Shown in pieces: positions 20,828 through 31,237 of a DNA stretch of 64,000 nucleotides. A program made the translations under genes and the position numbers. Numbering within the stretch: position 1 is the first letter of the stretch; each line of letters starts with the position of its first letter. This DNA is from Bacteroidota bacterium (GTDB taxonomy: Bacteria; Bacteroidota; Bacteroidia; Chitinophagales; CAMDFR01): NCBI GenBank assembly GCA_037130135.1, contig JBAXTO010000001.1, positions 147,813 through 211,812 of the forward strand. The letters run 5' to 3'. A model generated the notes under the pieces. It ran no database searches, was not told where the DNA came from, and worked only from the letters and a program-made list of their open reading frames with translations.

Positions 20828-21646
20828 CTATTTACTTTCTTTTTCGTTTATGCTTAAATCAAAGCTATCGCCATTTAAGGTTGTTCCTTTACTTTCTACA
20901 AATGCATCTTTAAATAATATTTGCATCTGAGCTTTTTGCATATCACCATTTGATTTCACATCAATATCAGCCCATTTTAATGTGAATACATCAGATTCAC
21001 CAGGGTTTAAAACAATTGATTTTTTATTTGAACTCATATTCGCAAACTCATTGCCACTAGGCATTTTTAATACCACTTTAGAGGGTGTAAAAATAGCAAT
21101 GTCTTTACCAGTATAAGTAACTTCCATTTTTACCAAAGATAAATCTGTTTTTAAATCATTTTCTTTTTGAACTACTTTAAAAGGCCCAGTAGTAAAGTCA
21201 TTTGTAGCAACAGGTAATTTAAAAATAGGCGCTTCATATATTTTTCCATTTGAAGGAGCTGAGGTTAATCCATCTAAATTTACTTTTAAAGAGGTAGTCC
21301 TAAATTCAGAGCCTTTAATATCTATAACACGAACTCCAAAATCGCCTGGTGCAATAACTAGAGGTCTTTCAGATGGATTGTAAACAACACCTTTCATATC
21401 TACAATGCTCATTTTATTGACATTTAGAATAATATAATTGGCACTTTTGTTTTGTATACGAAGTTTAAATTTAAAGTAAGCATCTGTAGATACGGCGTCA
21501 ACCATATAGACAGTTAAATCTCCTATATTTTTAGTAACCTCATTGTAGATTACTTTTTCATACTTTTTTTCTTTGGCTACTTTTTGTCCAAATGATACAG
21601 AGCTACTAATTACTAATACAAGTAAAGAATAAATAATTTTTTTCAT
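20828..21646 (-). CDS. Hypothetical secreted protein, two similar beta-rich halves
   Basis: Signal peptide; LVIAPGD / IVLNPGE paralogous motifs. Confidence 0.6.
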   Translation of the reverse strand: MKKIIYSLLVLVISSSVSFGQKVAKEKKYEKVIYNEVTKNIGDLTVYMVDAVSTDAYFKFKLRIQNKSANYIILNVNKMSIVDMKGVVYNPSERPLVIAPGDFGVRVIDIKGSEFRTTSLKVNLDGLTSAPSNGKIYEAPIFKLPVATNDFTTGPFKVVQKENDLKTDLSLVKMEVTYTGKDIAIFTPSKVVLKMPSGNEFANMSSNKKSIVLNPGESDVFTLKWADIDVKSNGDMQKAQMQILFKDAFVESKGTTLNGDSFDLSINEKESK

Positions 21647-21907
21647 GTTTATTAATTTTGATTACAAATTTATTAATTCTTGATGAAATTGGCACCTAAA
21701 ATATTTTGTTAACACAATTTAGTAAAATCGTTGAAAATATTACGACTCATTTGCATTTTGTACAGTTTATATTTCAATAAATATCTTAATTTTACCATGT
21801 ATTTAGAGGAAATACTATCACATGATAAATTTGATTCATATGATTAGTAGTTTTTGAATAGATAAAATAATAGTAAATAGATATAAGTATTCATAACATA
21901 TACGTAG

Positions 21908-22423
21908 ATGAAAAACGCTGCAATTATCATTTTAGCAACAATTATGGGCTTCATAGGAGGGGGGTTCACTACTTATTTTATTCTGAAAGATCAAAACCAA
22001 ACTGGATCAAATCATTCTATTAATGTTGTTGCCACACCACAAAATAAACCTAGTGCATTTAATGAAAATGCTACAGACCCTGCTAAAAGTCCTTTAAATA
22101 ATGAAACTATTAGTAGTATAAAATTCAAAGAAAACACCTATGATTTTGGTGATATTGAAGAAGGTACCATTGTTCATACAGCTTTCGAATTTGTAAATGA
22201 TAGTAAACGGAATTTAGTCATCAATAATTGTTTAGGTTCTTGTGGATGTACTATTCCCAAATGGCCTAAAGAAACCATTAAACCTGGCGAAAAAGGAATC
22301 ATTGAAGTGCAATTTAATACGGCAGGGAAAAAAGGAAAACAAATGAAAACGGTTACAGTATATGCGAATACTGAACCTGCAACAACTATTTTATACGTGA
22401 AATCAAATGTCTATACAAAATAA
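21908..22423 (+). CDS. DUF1573 domain protein
   Basis: YDFGDI, SCGCTIP, IKPGEKG.I.V.FN, KTVTVYAN. Confidence 0.85.
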   Translation: MKNAAIIILATIMGFIGGGFTTYFILKDQNQTGSNHSINVVATPQNKPSAFNENATDPAKSPLNNETISSIKFKENTYDFGDIEEGTIVHTAFEFVNDSKRNLVINNCLGSCGCTIPKWPKETIKPGEKGIIEVQFNTAGKKGKQMKTVTVYANTEPATTILYVKSNVYTK

Positions 22424-22426
22424 TAA

Positions 22427-22843
22427 ATGGGAAGAATAATGGCTATTGATTTTGGATTGAAACGTTGTGGTATTGCAGTGACGGATACCTTGCAAATTAT
22501 CGCTACTCCACTAGAAACGATAGAGAGTAAACGATTAGATGATTTTTTGAAAAAATATTGTAGTGATGAAGTGGTAGACACCTTTGTCATTGGTCATCCG
22601 CGACAATTAGATGGGAGTGATAATTATTTAGAAAATAATATTCAAGAATTAAAAAAATACTTGAATACGACCTATCCAACTATTTCAACAGTACTCATTG
22701 ATGAACGTTATACCTCAAAAATGGCTGTACAGTCGATGATTACGAATGGGATTAAAAAGAAAGAAAGACAAAAAAAAGATAATATAGATTTAATTAGTGC
22801 TGTATTAATTTTACAGACTTATATGCAAACCTTAAATAAATAG
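22427..22843 (+). CDS. ruvX: YqgF/RuvX pre-16S rRNA nuclease
   Basis: AIDFGLKRCGIAVTD, DERYTS, DLISAVLILQ. Confidence 0.93.
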   Translation: MGRIMAIDFGLKRCGIAVTDTLQIIATPLETIESKRLDDFLKKYCSDEVVDTFVIGHPRQLDGSDNYLENNIQELKKYLNTTYPTISTVLIDERYTSKMAVQSMITNGIKKKERQKKDNIDLISAVLILQTYMQTLNK

Positions 22844-22854
22844 ATTTTATATAT

Positions 22855-23415
22855 ATGATTTTACCAATAGTAGCTTATGGCGATAAAGTACTAAAGATAG
22901 TTTGTGATGATATAGATGCAAATTATCCTCAAATGAAAGAACTGATAAAGAATATGTGGGATACCATGTATAATGCTAATGGTGTTGGCCTTGCAGCGCC
23001 ACAAGTGGGATTAGATATACGATTATTTGTAGTGGATAGTAGAGCTATGTTTGATGAAGATGAAGAAAGTAAAGGCATTAAGAAAGTTTTTATAAATGCT
23101 ACTATTCTAGAAGAATCAGGGGAGGAATGGGCTTTTGAAGAAGGTTGCTTAAGTATTCCGAGTGTACGTGAAGATGTGGTTCGTAAAACAAAAATTAAAA
23201 TTGAATTCTATGATGAGCAATTTAAACTTCATACAGAAGAGTATGATGGTCTAAATGCTCGAGTAATTCAACATGAATATGATCATATTGAAGGAATATT
23301 ATTTACAGACCTTATTAAACCATTAAAGAAAAAATTATTACATAAAGTTTTAAGTGATATTTCTAGAGGTTATACAAATGCTAAATATAAAATGCGTTTC
23401 CCTAATAAAAAGTAA
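22855..23415 (+). CDS. def: Peptide deformylase
   Basis: GVGLAAPQ, EGCLS, QHEYDH. Confidence 0.97.
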   Translation: MILPIVAYGDKVLKIVCDDIDANYPQMKELIKNMWDTMYNANGVGLAAPQVGLDIRLFVVDSRAMFDEDEESKGIKKVFINATILEESGEEWAFEEGCLSIPSVREDVVRKTKIKIEFYDEQFKLHTEEYDGLNARVIQHEYDHIEGILFTDLIKPLKKKLLHKVLSDISRGYTNAKYKMRFPNKK

Positions 23416-23420
23416 CTATT

Positions 23421-24422
23421 ATGACTTTTGAAGCAATTATTAAGGATATCCAAAATAAAAAATTTGCCCCCATTTATTTCTTGTGTGGCGAAGAAAGTTA
23501 TTATATCGATCAAGTGGTAGAAGCTATTGAAGCCCATGCACTAAGTGAAAGCGAAAAATCATTTAATCAAACGATTTTATACGGAGCAGATACTGATGTT
23601 CGTCGATTAATGGATGAATGTATGCGTTTGCCATTAATGGCTCCTAGACAAGTGGTGATTGTAAAAGAAGCGCAACAATTAAAAAAAATGGATGATTTAG
23701 AAAATTATATTCTAAAACCATCACCTACTACTTTATTGGTATTAGCATCTAAAGCAAAATTTCCTGATAAAAGAAAAAGTTTTTCAAAATCAATTATTAA
23801 AAACGGTGTTGTATTAGAAACCAAACGTATGTATGATAATCAAGCTCCAGTTTGGATTGAAAATCATATCAATGCTTTGGGATATAAAGTTTCTAAAGAA
23901 GCAATACAATTATTGGCTGATTATCTAGGTACTGAAATAAGTATTATCACCAATGAAGTCAGTAAGCTCGTCATTAATAAAAATAAAGGAGAGGCTATTA
24001 GCTTAGAGGATATTGAAAAGAATGTGGGTATCAGTAAAGATTTTAATTCATTCGAATTAAATAAAGCGATTAGTCTAAAAGATATTCAAACTACTTTTCG
24101 AATCGCTAATTATTTTGAAGCCAATCCTAAAAATAATCCAATAGTTGTAACTTTAAGTAATTTACAATCTTTTTTTACAACTATTTTTCAAATGCATCAT
24201 ATGTCTCAAATTAGTGATGCAGCATTAATGAGTGAATTTCGATTATGGCCAGCAATATTACCTCAATATAAAGCCGCTTTGCGTCACTATCCATTGCGTA
24301 AAACAGAAAATATTTTAATTGAAATAGCTAACTATGATTTACGTTCAAAGGGAATTGGAAACGTTAATATTGAGCACGGTCAACTACTTAAAGAATTGAT
24401 GGCTAAAATTTTATATGTTTAA
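23421..24422 (+). CDS. holA: DNA polymerase III delta subunit
   Basis: PIYFLCGEESYYID, VIVKEAQ, VGISKDFN.FEL, DLRSKG. Confidence 0.9.
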   Translation: MTFEAIIKDIQNKKFAPIYFLCGEESYYIDQVVEAIEAHALSESEKSFNQTILYGADTDVRRLMDECMRLPLMAPRQVVIVKEAQQLKKMDDLENYILKPSPTTLLVLASKAKFPDKRKSFSKSIIKNGVVLETKRMYDNQAPVWIENHINALGYKVSKEAIQLLADYLGTEISIITNEVSKLVINKNKGEAISLEDIEKNVGISKDFNSFELNKAISLKDIQTTFRIANYFEANPKNNPIVVTLSNLQSFFTTIFQMHHMSQISDAALMSEFRLWPAILPQYKAALRHYPLRKTENILIEIANYDLRSKGIGNVNIEHGQLLKELMAKILYV

Positions 24423-24495
24423 TTTGGAACGTTTTTTGGTTATTCATTAGTAGCAGTATTTGTTTAGTAATTAAATAAATAGTAATTTTAAGTCT

Positions 24496-25284
24496 GTGAA
24501 AAAAATCGGGATATTCATATTTTTCTGTATGTTAACTTCTTTTGCCATGACTCAAAATCTGAGTATAAGGAAAGAAGTAAGTTGTACTGGCGAAAAAAGA
24601 GCAGCTCAAGAGGTATTGAGTTCTAATAAGGTACTATTTGTGGTAAGTATTACCTCTAATTGTATCAATTGTGGCGAGTTCTTATCTACTTTAAGTTCAT
24701 TTTCTAATATGCAATCTTCTAAAGTTACTGTGTGGGCGGCAATGAATAAATTAGTAGGTACAACAAATTGTGATGAAATTGAAAACTTTAAAGATCGCTA
24801 TGACTTAAATAATGTGTTTTGTTTTATTGATACAAATGATGTCTGGACTGACGGTCGATTTACATTTTATACGGTAATAGATCCTCAAGGAGGTTTAGTA
24901 GCTTACCAAGGTACAAGCTATCAATTAGCGATTACAAAAGCTTTAGAAATAGCCAATAAATTACCATTAAGCACAACAATTGATTCTAAAAATCCAAATA
25001 ATACAAGTCAACCATCATATAATAAAATTAATATTAGCAGCGTATTTCCTAATCCAATTAAAGACGAGTTAAAATATTCTATCTCTGCTACAGATACAAC
25101 AGAAACAACCATTAAAGTATTGGATTTGCTTGGAAATGAAAAAGTAAATATTACTAAACCATTATTGCCTGAAATGAATACTTATACTATCGATTTAAAA
25201 GAATATAAATTAGAACGAGGTATTTATTTCGTAAAAATAGAAGCAGATAAAAACATAAAGACATTTAGAATTATTAAGAATTAA
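24496..25284 (+). CDS. T9SS type A sorting domain protein with thioredoxin-like CxxC N-terminus
   Basis: Signal peptide, CINC, C-terminal VFPNP...GIYFVKI...IIKN. Confidence 0.7.
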   Translation: MKKIGIFIFFCMLTSFAMTQNLSIRKEVSCTGEKRAAQEVLSSNKVLFVVSITSNCINCGEFLSTLSSFSNMQSSKVTVWAAMNKLVGTTNCDEIENFKDRYDLNNVFCFIDTNDVWTDGRFTFYTVIDPQGGLVAYQGTSYQLAITKALEIANKLPLSTTIDSKNPNNTSQPSYNKINISSVFPNPIKDELKYSISATDTTETTIKVLDLLGNEKVNITKPLLPEMNTYTIDLKEYKLERGIYFVKIEADKNIKTFRIIKN

Positions 25285-25285
25285 G

Positions 25286-25320
25286 TCACGCCAAGGCGTG
25301 AAAGAATTAATAATTAAGAA
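25286..25320. repeat. Palindrome plus heptamer remnant, same family as 16844
   Basis: TCACGCCAAGGCGTGA (25286-25301) followed by AATTAAT/AATTAAG; between convergent genes. Confidence 0.65.
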
Positions 25321-25329
25321 AACGCTAAA

Positions 25330-25989
25330 TTAGTCATCATCGAGATCTATAGAGGAATTAGTTTCATTACGGTCAGATAGATAAAATGCTTTAATTCGAG
25401 TTACATCTTTAAGAAAATCAATACGCATAATTTCAACTCGATGAATAGGTAAACCCGTTCTCTCTTTTAAATCTGCAATCATCTCTTCTCTCTTATCAGG
25501 TTTGATTAAATCAATGCGCTCATAATAAATTTCTTTATAGTTTTCGTGTGCTAAATTTTGAGATCGTTCTAAAAAGAAAATAACCAACAATAATAAAGCA
25601 TTAGAAACTAAAATGACATCCCAAGAATTTTGAAAATCAACTAATGAATTTAATAAACCAATAGTGACACAGACAAAGAAATACCCCATTTCTCTAATAG
25701 GTACAGATACTGTTCTGTATCGAAGAATGGAGAAAATGGCAAACATCCCAAAGGCAAATCCCATTTTCAATTTCGTAGTACTTAGTAGAAAACAGATTAA
25801 AAAATTTACGGAGTTAAATAAAAAAAACGTGAATAAAAAATCTTTGTTTTTATGACGTGGATAATAGATTAATCTAACTACGATAAATACTACTAAAAAA
25901 TTGATTGCATATCGAATTAAAAATTCTACGATGGATGGTAACCCAAAAAATTGAGATACGTTAGCTGCTTCACTCACTATGTCTTCCAT
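25330..25989 (-). CDS. DUF4956 membrane protein
   Basis: GFAFGMFAIFSILRYRT, DLKERTGL; overlaps the VTC gene. Confidence 0.85.
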   Translation of the reverse strand: MEDIVSEAANVSQFFGLPSIVEFLIRYAINFLVVFIVVRLIYYPRHKNKDFLFTFFLFNSVNFLICFLLSTTKLKMGFAFGMFAIFSILRYRTVSVPIREMGYFFVCVTIGLLNSLVDFQNSWDVILVSNALLLLVIFFLERSQNLAHENYKEIYYERIDLIKPDKREEMIADLKERTGLPIHRVEIMRIDFLKDVTRIKAFYLSDRNETNSSIDLDDD

Positions 25990-26752
25990 ATTTTTCTTCT
26001 AGTTTTTTTAGTTTAATAAAATTGGGTTTGAAATTATTGCTTTTCACATTTTCCATGAGAGCAATCGCAGTTGCATATTTACTAAATCCTATTTCCTCTA
26101 AATGCCTTTTCTTTAAAGCACTTAATATGTCACTGCTTGAGCTTGATTTATCTTGTTTGATTTCGATAATCACTAAGTGAGGAAAAGCTTGTGATTGTTC
26201 ATGTCGCTTAAAAGAGATGTCTATATCTAAAGTCAAACGCTCTTTCATATTATTATTCGCTAATGTTATTCGCTTAAAATAGATCCATACTTGTGGTTTT
26301 AAGGCACTCACATCAACTTGATTATGCTCGATTATACTTTTATCTCTATCATCTAATGCTAATATGATATCTTCTTTTTTGACACGTTTCTTATCTGTTC
26401 TATTCGCTTTGTCCTTATATTTTACCTCAAAATAACATAATCCAGAATCGACATACTTTCTGTATCGTGTTTTAAAACGATCGGCTTTGCCATTATGATG
26501 ATAATTATATAAAGTAAAATCATCGGTATCAAAATACAGTGATTCATAAGTATGAATCATTTTGTCTTCAATTTTTAATACTTTATAGTATGGCTTTAAT
26601 TCTTCTAACAATTCAACAAATTGAGATATATGAATGATGTATTTAGAATCGATTCGATTCAATAGCTTTACCTGATCTAATTCTTTTAAATCGATTTTAA
26701 CAAACTCATTTAATTTGTTTTCTATATCAGTGGCTAATGAAGTATAATTCAA
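25970..26752 (-). CDS. VTC / polyphosphate polymerase domain protein (CYTH-like)
   Basis: NRIDSKY, SLYFDT, RFKTRYRKY, FEVK, ERLTLD, IIEIK, FSKY. Confidence 0.85.
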   Translation of the reverse strand: MNYTSLATDIENKLNEFVKIDLKELDQVKLLNRIDSKYIIHISQFVELLEELKPYYKVLKIEDKMIHTYESLYFDTDDFTLYNYHHNGKADRFKTRYRKYVDSGLCYFEVKYKDKANRTDKKRVKKEDIILALDDRDKSIIEHNQVDVSALKPQVWIYFKRITLANNNMKERLTLDIDISFKRHEQSQAFPHLVIIEIKQDKSSSSSDILSALKKRHLEEIGFSKYATAIALMENVKSNNFKPNFIKLKKLEEKYGRHSE

Positions 26753-26758
26753 TGTTAC

Positions 26759-27145
26759 TTATTTATCTATGTTAAAATCTTCTAGAGTCACTATTTCTTT
26801 TCGCTCGTTGATTTCCACTTTTTTTATAATTGCTCTAGTACCTAAATCACAGGTATCACATTTGGTATATACAAAAATACTATAAGTTCCTTTTTGTAAA
26901 AATTCGAAAGTATATTCACCAGTATAAGAAGTATTCACATCATTATCAATAGTAGTATGATCGCCATAAGAGATATATACTTTTTCATCGGGTATATAGC
27001 CTTCACCAACTAAAAATCCACTACTATCATAATCTTTAGCATATACTTTGCCTTTTATAGTAGCTAAACCACCTTCCCCTGCAATTTTTTTGCAAGTAAT
27101 AAAACTACAAGAAACAAAGATTATAAAAAGAAAATACTTCTTCAT
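26759..27145 (-). CDS. Hypothetical lipoprotein
   Basis: Lipobox-like FITC; GEYTFEFL.KGTY.I beta-sandwich motif. Confidence 0.6.
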   Translation of the reverse strand: MKKYFLFIIFVSCSFITCKKIAGEGGLATIKGKVYAKDYDSSGFLVGEGYIPDEKVYISYGDHTTIDNDVNTSYTGEYTFEFLQKGTYSIFVYTKCDTCDLGTRAIIKKVEINERKEIVTLEDFNIDK

Positions 27146-27188
27146 TATTTTAATATTAATTATATGTAAATTTAGTATTAATAAATAA

Positions 27189-27216
27189 AAAAGCCTAACA
27201 ATGTTGCTAGGCTTTT
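27189..27216. terminator. Intrinsic terminator (imperfect stem)
   Basis: AAAAGCCTAaCAA-tg-TTGcTAGGCTTTT downstream of 27236..28087. Confidence 0.6.
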
Positions 27217-27235
27217 GTTAGATAGTATAAATATA

Positions 27236-28087
27236 TTATTGAATTACTAATCGAGTTGATTTAGTAGTAGTTCTATTACTAATTTGTAGTAAGTATAATC
27301 CTTCTTTTAATGAAGCTGGTCTGGTATATGATACTAATTGATTTTCATTTAAATCTAAATTAGAAGCTAATACACTTACCACTTTACCACTCATATCTAG
27401 AATAGATATTGTTGATTGGTTCATTGGAGTATTGTTCATTTGAATATTGATCTTATCTTGTACTGGATTTGGGTAAATATTCATAGTTGAAGCAGCTGTA
27501 GGAGTTTGAATACCTACGTTTGTTTTAGCTGTACATGTTTGGCTAGTAGTATATGATTGATCACCACTATCGCCATTATTATTATTCCCCGCTAATCCAG
27601 CTACATAAAATGTAACAGGACCTATATCAGTTGATGGAGCAGTCCATGAAAAAGTATACACAGATGAATCATTTGTCAAACCAGCTCCTGTCATATGTGT
27701 TAAATTTAATCGACCAGCGCCTGAAGAAATAATTTGTGTTCTTGAAGATTCAAGAATATTTATAGTTCCTGCATTCGTGTTGGAAGAATTTAATACTTCA
27801 ACGCCTAATCCAAAAACTAATTTACCTGTTTCAGCTATACGCACACGTATATTGTAAGTTGTACCTGGTACATATTCCCATCCAGTCATATCGCTAGATA
27901 AAATATTAACATTGCCTGTCCCAGTATTTACTGTTCCATTGTGGCAACCACCTGTTTGACAAGTAGCTTCACCAGGTGATCCCGTATTTCCAGCACGTCC
28001 ATTTTTTTTGTATGATTCATTGGTGAATGTAATAAAGGCTCCTAATGAAGTTAGAAGAATAATTGAAAACGTAATTAGTTTTTTCAT
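27236..28087 (-). CDS. Reeler-like (choice-of-anchor V type) T9SS protein
   Basis: TGSPGEATCQTGGCH, FSWTAP, VTFYVAG, IYPNP...GLYLL T9SS CTD. Confidence 0.75.
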   Translation of the reverse strand: MKKLITFSIILLTSLGAFITFTNESYKKNGRAGNTGSPGEATCQTGGCHNGTVNTGTGNVNILSSDMTGWEYVPGTTYNIRVRIAETGKLVFGLGVEVLNSSNTNAGTINILESSRTQIISSGAGRLNLTHMTGAGLTNDSSVYTFSWTAPSTDIGPVTFYVAGLAGNNNNGDSGDQSYTTSQTCTAKTNVGIQTPTAASTMNIYPNPVQDKINIQMNNTPMNQSTISILDMSGKVVSVLASNLDLNENQLVSYTRPASLKEGLYLLQISNRTTTKSTRLVIQ

Positions 28088-28099
28088 AAATAGTGATAA

Positions 28100-29704
28100 T
28101 TAAATTTTAATGATTTTATATGTTTGATTTAAGTGTGACAAATTATTGATTTTAAAATAATATATTCCTTTTGTAAAATTAGTAATATCTATAACATTAA
28201 CCCCTGCAGTTACATGAATACTATTTACTTTACTACCAATCGCATCATAAATAGTTAATTCATAGTTATTATCCGTATTGTTCGTAATATGAACTAGATC
28301 ATTAGTAACGTTTGGGTATAATTCAATTATACTAGACAGTGGATTTTCAATAAAGGTTGCTTCGCAGTTAGTTCTATTTGGACTCACTATCGTATTTCTT
28401 CCTCCCACAACATAAAGGTTCATATTATCTGTACGAGGGATTTCTGCTGTCCAATTGCTTAGATTATCATTATAGGTATTTAAATTGGAATATGGTGGAC
28501 AAACTACTAAAGAAGCACCAGTGCCGTTTGTAGAAGTTAGTGTAGCTGTATTATAATACATACTATCTATTAATTGAAATAATGAATTGGTTAATCTGAT
28601 CGATTCTGTGGTGTTTCCTAGTCCACCACTGCTCCATTGTTTTGCTTGTATTCCATATCCTACATAGATTAATAAGGAATCTTTAGCGACTACATATTTT
28701 TCATTTGGAACTAAGGTTTTTTCAGGCAATCTTAAATTAATACCTTTATCAAACCAATAACCTCCGATAGCAACATCTGAACTTCCATAGTTTACCAGTT
28801 CAATAAATTCTAAGGTATCATTTAAAAAAGGATCATCATAATATAATTCATCCATAGCTACCGTTCCAATCGTATTATTATATACGATATTAAAATATCT
28901 AGGAGTAGTCATGGCATTAGCTGCTAAATCTTCAATATTATCTACCGATAATACATAATATTTTCCAATCACTAATGGTGTTGCTAAAGTCAATGTTACT
29001 ATATCATTCGAGCCATTGCGCACAGCACTAGTAATAGTTCCTAACCCAGTATAATTAGCTACATTCGTAGCAGTCGTATTTACCGCTTCATTAAAATATA
29101 CCTGTACTGTTGTAGTGGATGTTTCGTTTGCACTGTATGGAATTGGGGGAGCTATATCTGTTAATGGACAACCCGCCATAGGGTGCGCATAGATTTCTTT
29201 ACCTGCAACGATGATCCCTGTTGGTGTTGCACCATAGGTCCAGTTGCTTCCATTACTATTATCTAAGCTTGCATCACATAATGCTAAACTGGGTCCTTCA
29301 CCATCAGCTAAGATTGGCCAAGGAGCTACATCTTTATAAACCACATAATCCATCAAAGTACCTGAAGCATTTTCTAAAAATATAGAGTCTGAACTATTGC
29401 TTAAAGCACTGCTTCGCCATTGATTTGCACTAAATCCAAAAGCTCTCTCAAATGCAATTGAATCATAACAAAATACATGATATTGGCCAGCATTTAAAGT
29501 TAAAGAGCCAATCGTATGACTAATCGCTTTTTTAAATTTCCATCCAGTCAAATTCACAGGTGCGCCTGAATTGTTATATATTTCGATAAAATCTAAGGAG
29601 TCAACGGCACCTGGTGTATTATAATTTATCTCCGTAATGACTATTTGAGCGTTGCTACTAAATAAAACAAATATAAAGGAAGCTACTAGTATAATTTTTT
29701 TCAT
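28100..29704 (-). CDS. Lamin-tail-domain T9SS protein (two LTDs, Ig-like domain)
   Basis: IVITEINYN..DFIEIYN and DELYYD..EFIELVN; C-terminal LYPN...GIYYFKI. Confidence 0.78.
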   Translation of the reverse strand: MKKIILVASFIFVLFSSNAQIVITEINYNTPGAVDSLDFIEIYNNSGAPVNLTGWKFKKAISHTIGSLTLNAGQYHVFCYDSIAFERAFGFSANQWRSSALSNSSDSIFLENASGTLMDYVVYKDVAPWPILADGEGPSLALCDASLDNSNGSNWTYGATPTGIIVAGKEIYAHPMAGCPLTDIAPPIPYSANETSTTTVQVYFNEAVNTTATNVANYTGLGTITSAVRNGSNDIVTLTLATPLVIGKYYVLSVDNIEDLAANAMTTPRYFNIVYNNTIGTVAMDELYYDDPFLNDTLEFIELVNYGSSDVAIGGYWFDKGINLRLPEKTLVPNEKYVVAKDSLLIYVGYGIQAKQWSSGGLGNTTESIRLTNSLFQLIDSMYYNTATLTSTNGTGASLVVCPPYSNLNTYNDNLSNWTAEIPRTDNMNLYVVGGRNTIVSPNRTNCEATFIENPLSSIIELYPNVTNDLVHITNNTDNNYELTIYDAIGSKVNSIHVTAGVNVIDITNFTKGIYYFKINNLSHLNQTYKIIKI

Positions 29705-29818
29705 ATCAATAAATATTTGATAGTAAAAATACTTAATATTGACTTAATATTGGTAAATAAGTTGAAGAGGAAATTGATTTAGGTGCTGAAGTATTTTCGA
29801 ACAAGCTTTTAATACAAA

Positions 29819-31237
29819 TTAAAGGCTTAACATTTTATTTTGGCAAACAAAATTCGTTTTAGGTAACTGCGTTGTTTCAGCAATTTCTTTAAATCCACCA
29901 GATACTTCTGAGAAATTACGTACTCCTCTTGCTTGTAAAATAGATGCAGCGATCATACTTCTATATCCTCCTTGGCAATGTATGAAAAAATGTTGATTAG
30001 TATCTACCTGATTCATCCATTCATTGATAAACGCTAAGGGTTTATTATAGGCTTCATCAATATGTTCAGCAGCATATTCAGTTTCTTTGCGAACATCAAT
30101 AACGACTGATTCTTTAGGTTTAAATTGAGATTCGAATTCATGCGGACTAATTCTATTAATTTGATCTTGTTCTTTACCGGCTTTTACCCAGGCTTCAAAA
30201 CCACCTTCTAAATAGCCTAATACTTGATCAAATCCAACACGAGCTAATCGTGTAATGCATTCTTCTTCCATTCCAGTATCACATACTAAAAGGATGTTTT
30301 GTTTCACATCTCCAATTAGGGCCCCAACCCAGGGAGCAAAATCACCTTTAATGCCGATATTAATACTCTGCGGAATAAATCCTGTTGCAAAAATCGCTGC
30401 ATTACGTGTATCTAAAATGAGTGCATCTGCTGTATCAGCAAGCGTTTCAAAAGCATCAGGCGACAATGCCACTAATCCTTTTTGCATCACAGATTCAAAA
30501 CTATCATATCCTTTTTTATTCATGGCTACATTCATTCCAAAATAAGATGGGGGAGGTGCCAGTCCATCTAACACTGCATGAATAAAGGCTTCTTTACTTT
30601 TTTGATTTAATGCATAATTCATTTTCTTTTGATTCCCTAGGGTATCAAGGGTTTCCTTCATCATGTTTTTACCACAGGCACTTCCTGCTCCATGCGCTGG
30701 ATACACAGTAATATCATCGGCTAAGGGTAAAATTTTAGTATATAAACTTTCATATAATAAACCTGCTAATTGCTCTTGCGTCATATCCGCCGCTTTTTGT
30801 GCTAAATCTGGTCGACCCACATCTCCTAAAAACAAAGTATCGCCACTAAATAACGCATGTTCTTTCCCATTTTCATCAATCAACAAATAACAAGTGCTTT
30901 CCATGGTATGACCTGGAGTATGTAATACTTTAATTTGAATAGCTCCAATTTTAAATATTTGATTATCTGTTGCAATAATAGCCTCAAACTCAGGATGAGC
31001 AGATGGACCATAAATAATAGGAGCTCCAGTTTTTTTACTCAAATCGATATGACCACTCACAAAATCAGCATGAAAATGTGTCTCAAATACATATTTAAGC
31101 TTTACATTATCTTGAGTTAATCTATTTAAATAAGGATTAATTTCTCTTAAAGGATCAATGATTGCAGCTTCTCCATTAGAAGTTATATAATACGCACCTT
31201 GTGCTAAACATCCTGTGTAAATTTGTTCTATATGCAT
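29819..31237 (-). CDS. MBL-fold persulfide dioxygenase-rhodanese fusion
   Basis: ETHFHADFVSG, HTPGHT, GDTLF, PAHGAGS; two rhodanese domains, HCQGGYRS. Confidence 0.88.
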   Translation of the reverse strand: MHIEQIYTGCLAQGAYYITSNGEAAIIDPLREINPYLNRLTQDNVKLKYVFETHFHADFVSGHIDLSKKTGAPIIYGPSAHPEFEAIIATDNQIFKIGAIQIKVLHTPGHTMESTCYLLIDENGKEHALFSGDTLFLGDVGRPDLAQKAADMTQEQLAGLLYESLYTKILPLADDITVYPAHGAGSACGKNMMKETLDTLGNQKKMNYALNQKSKEAFIHAVLDGLAPPPSYFGMNVAMNKKGYDSFESVMQKGLVALSPDAFETLADTADALILDTRNAAIFATGFIPQSINIGIKGDFAPWVGALIGDVKQNILLVCDTGMEEECITRLARVGFDQVLGYLEGGFEAWVKAGKEQDQINRISPHEFESQFKPKESVVIDVRKETEYAAEHIDEAYNKPLAFINEWMNQVDTNQHFFIHCQGGYRSMIAASILQARGVRNFSEVSGGFKEIAETTQLPKTNFVCQNKMLSL

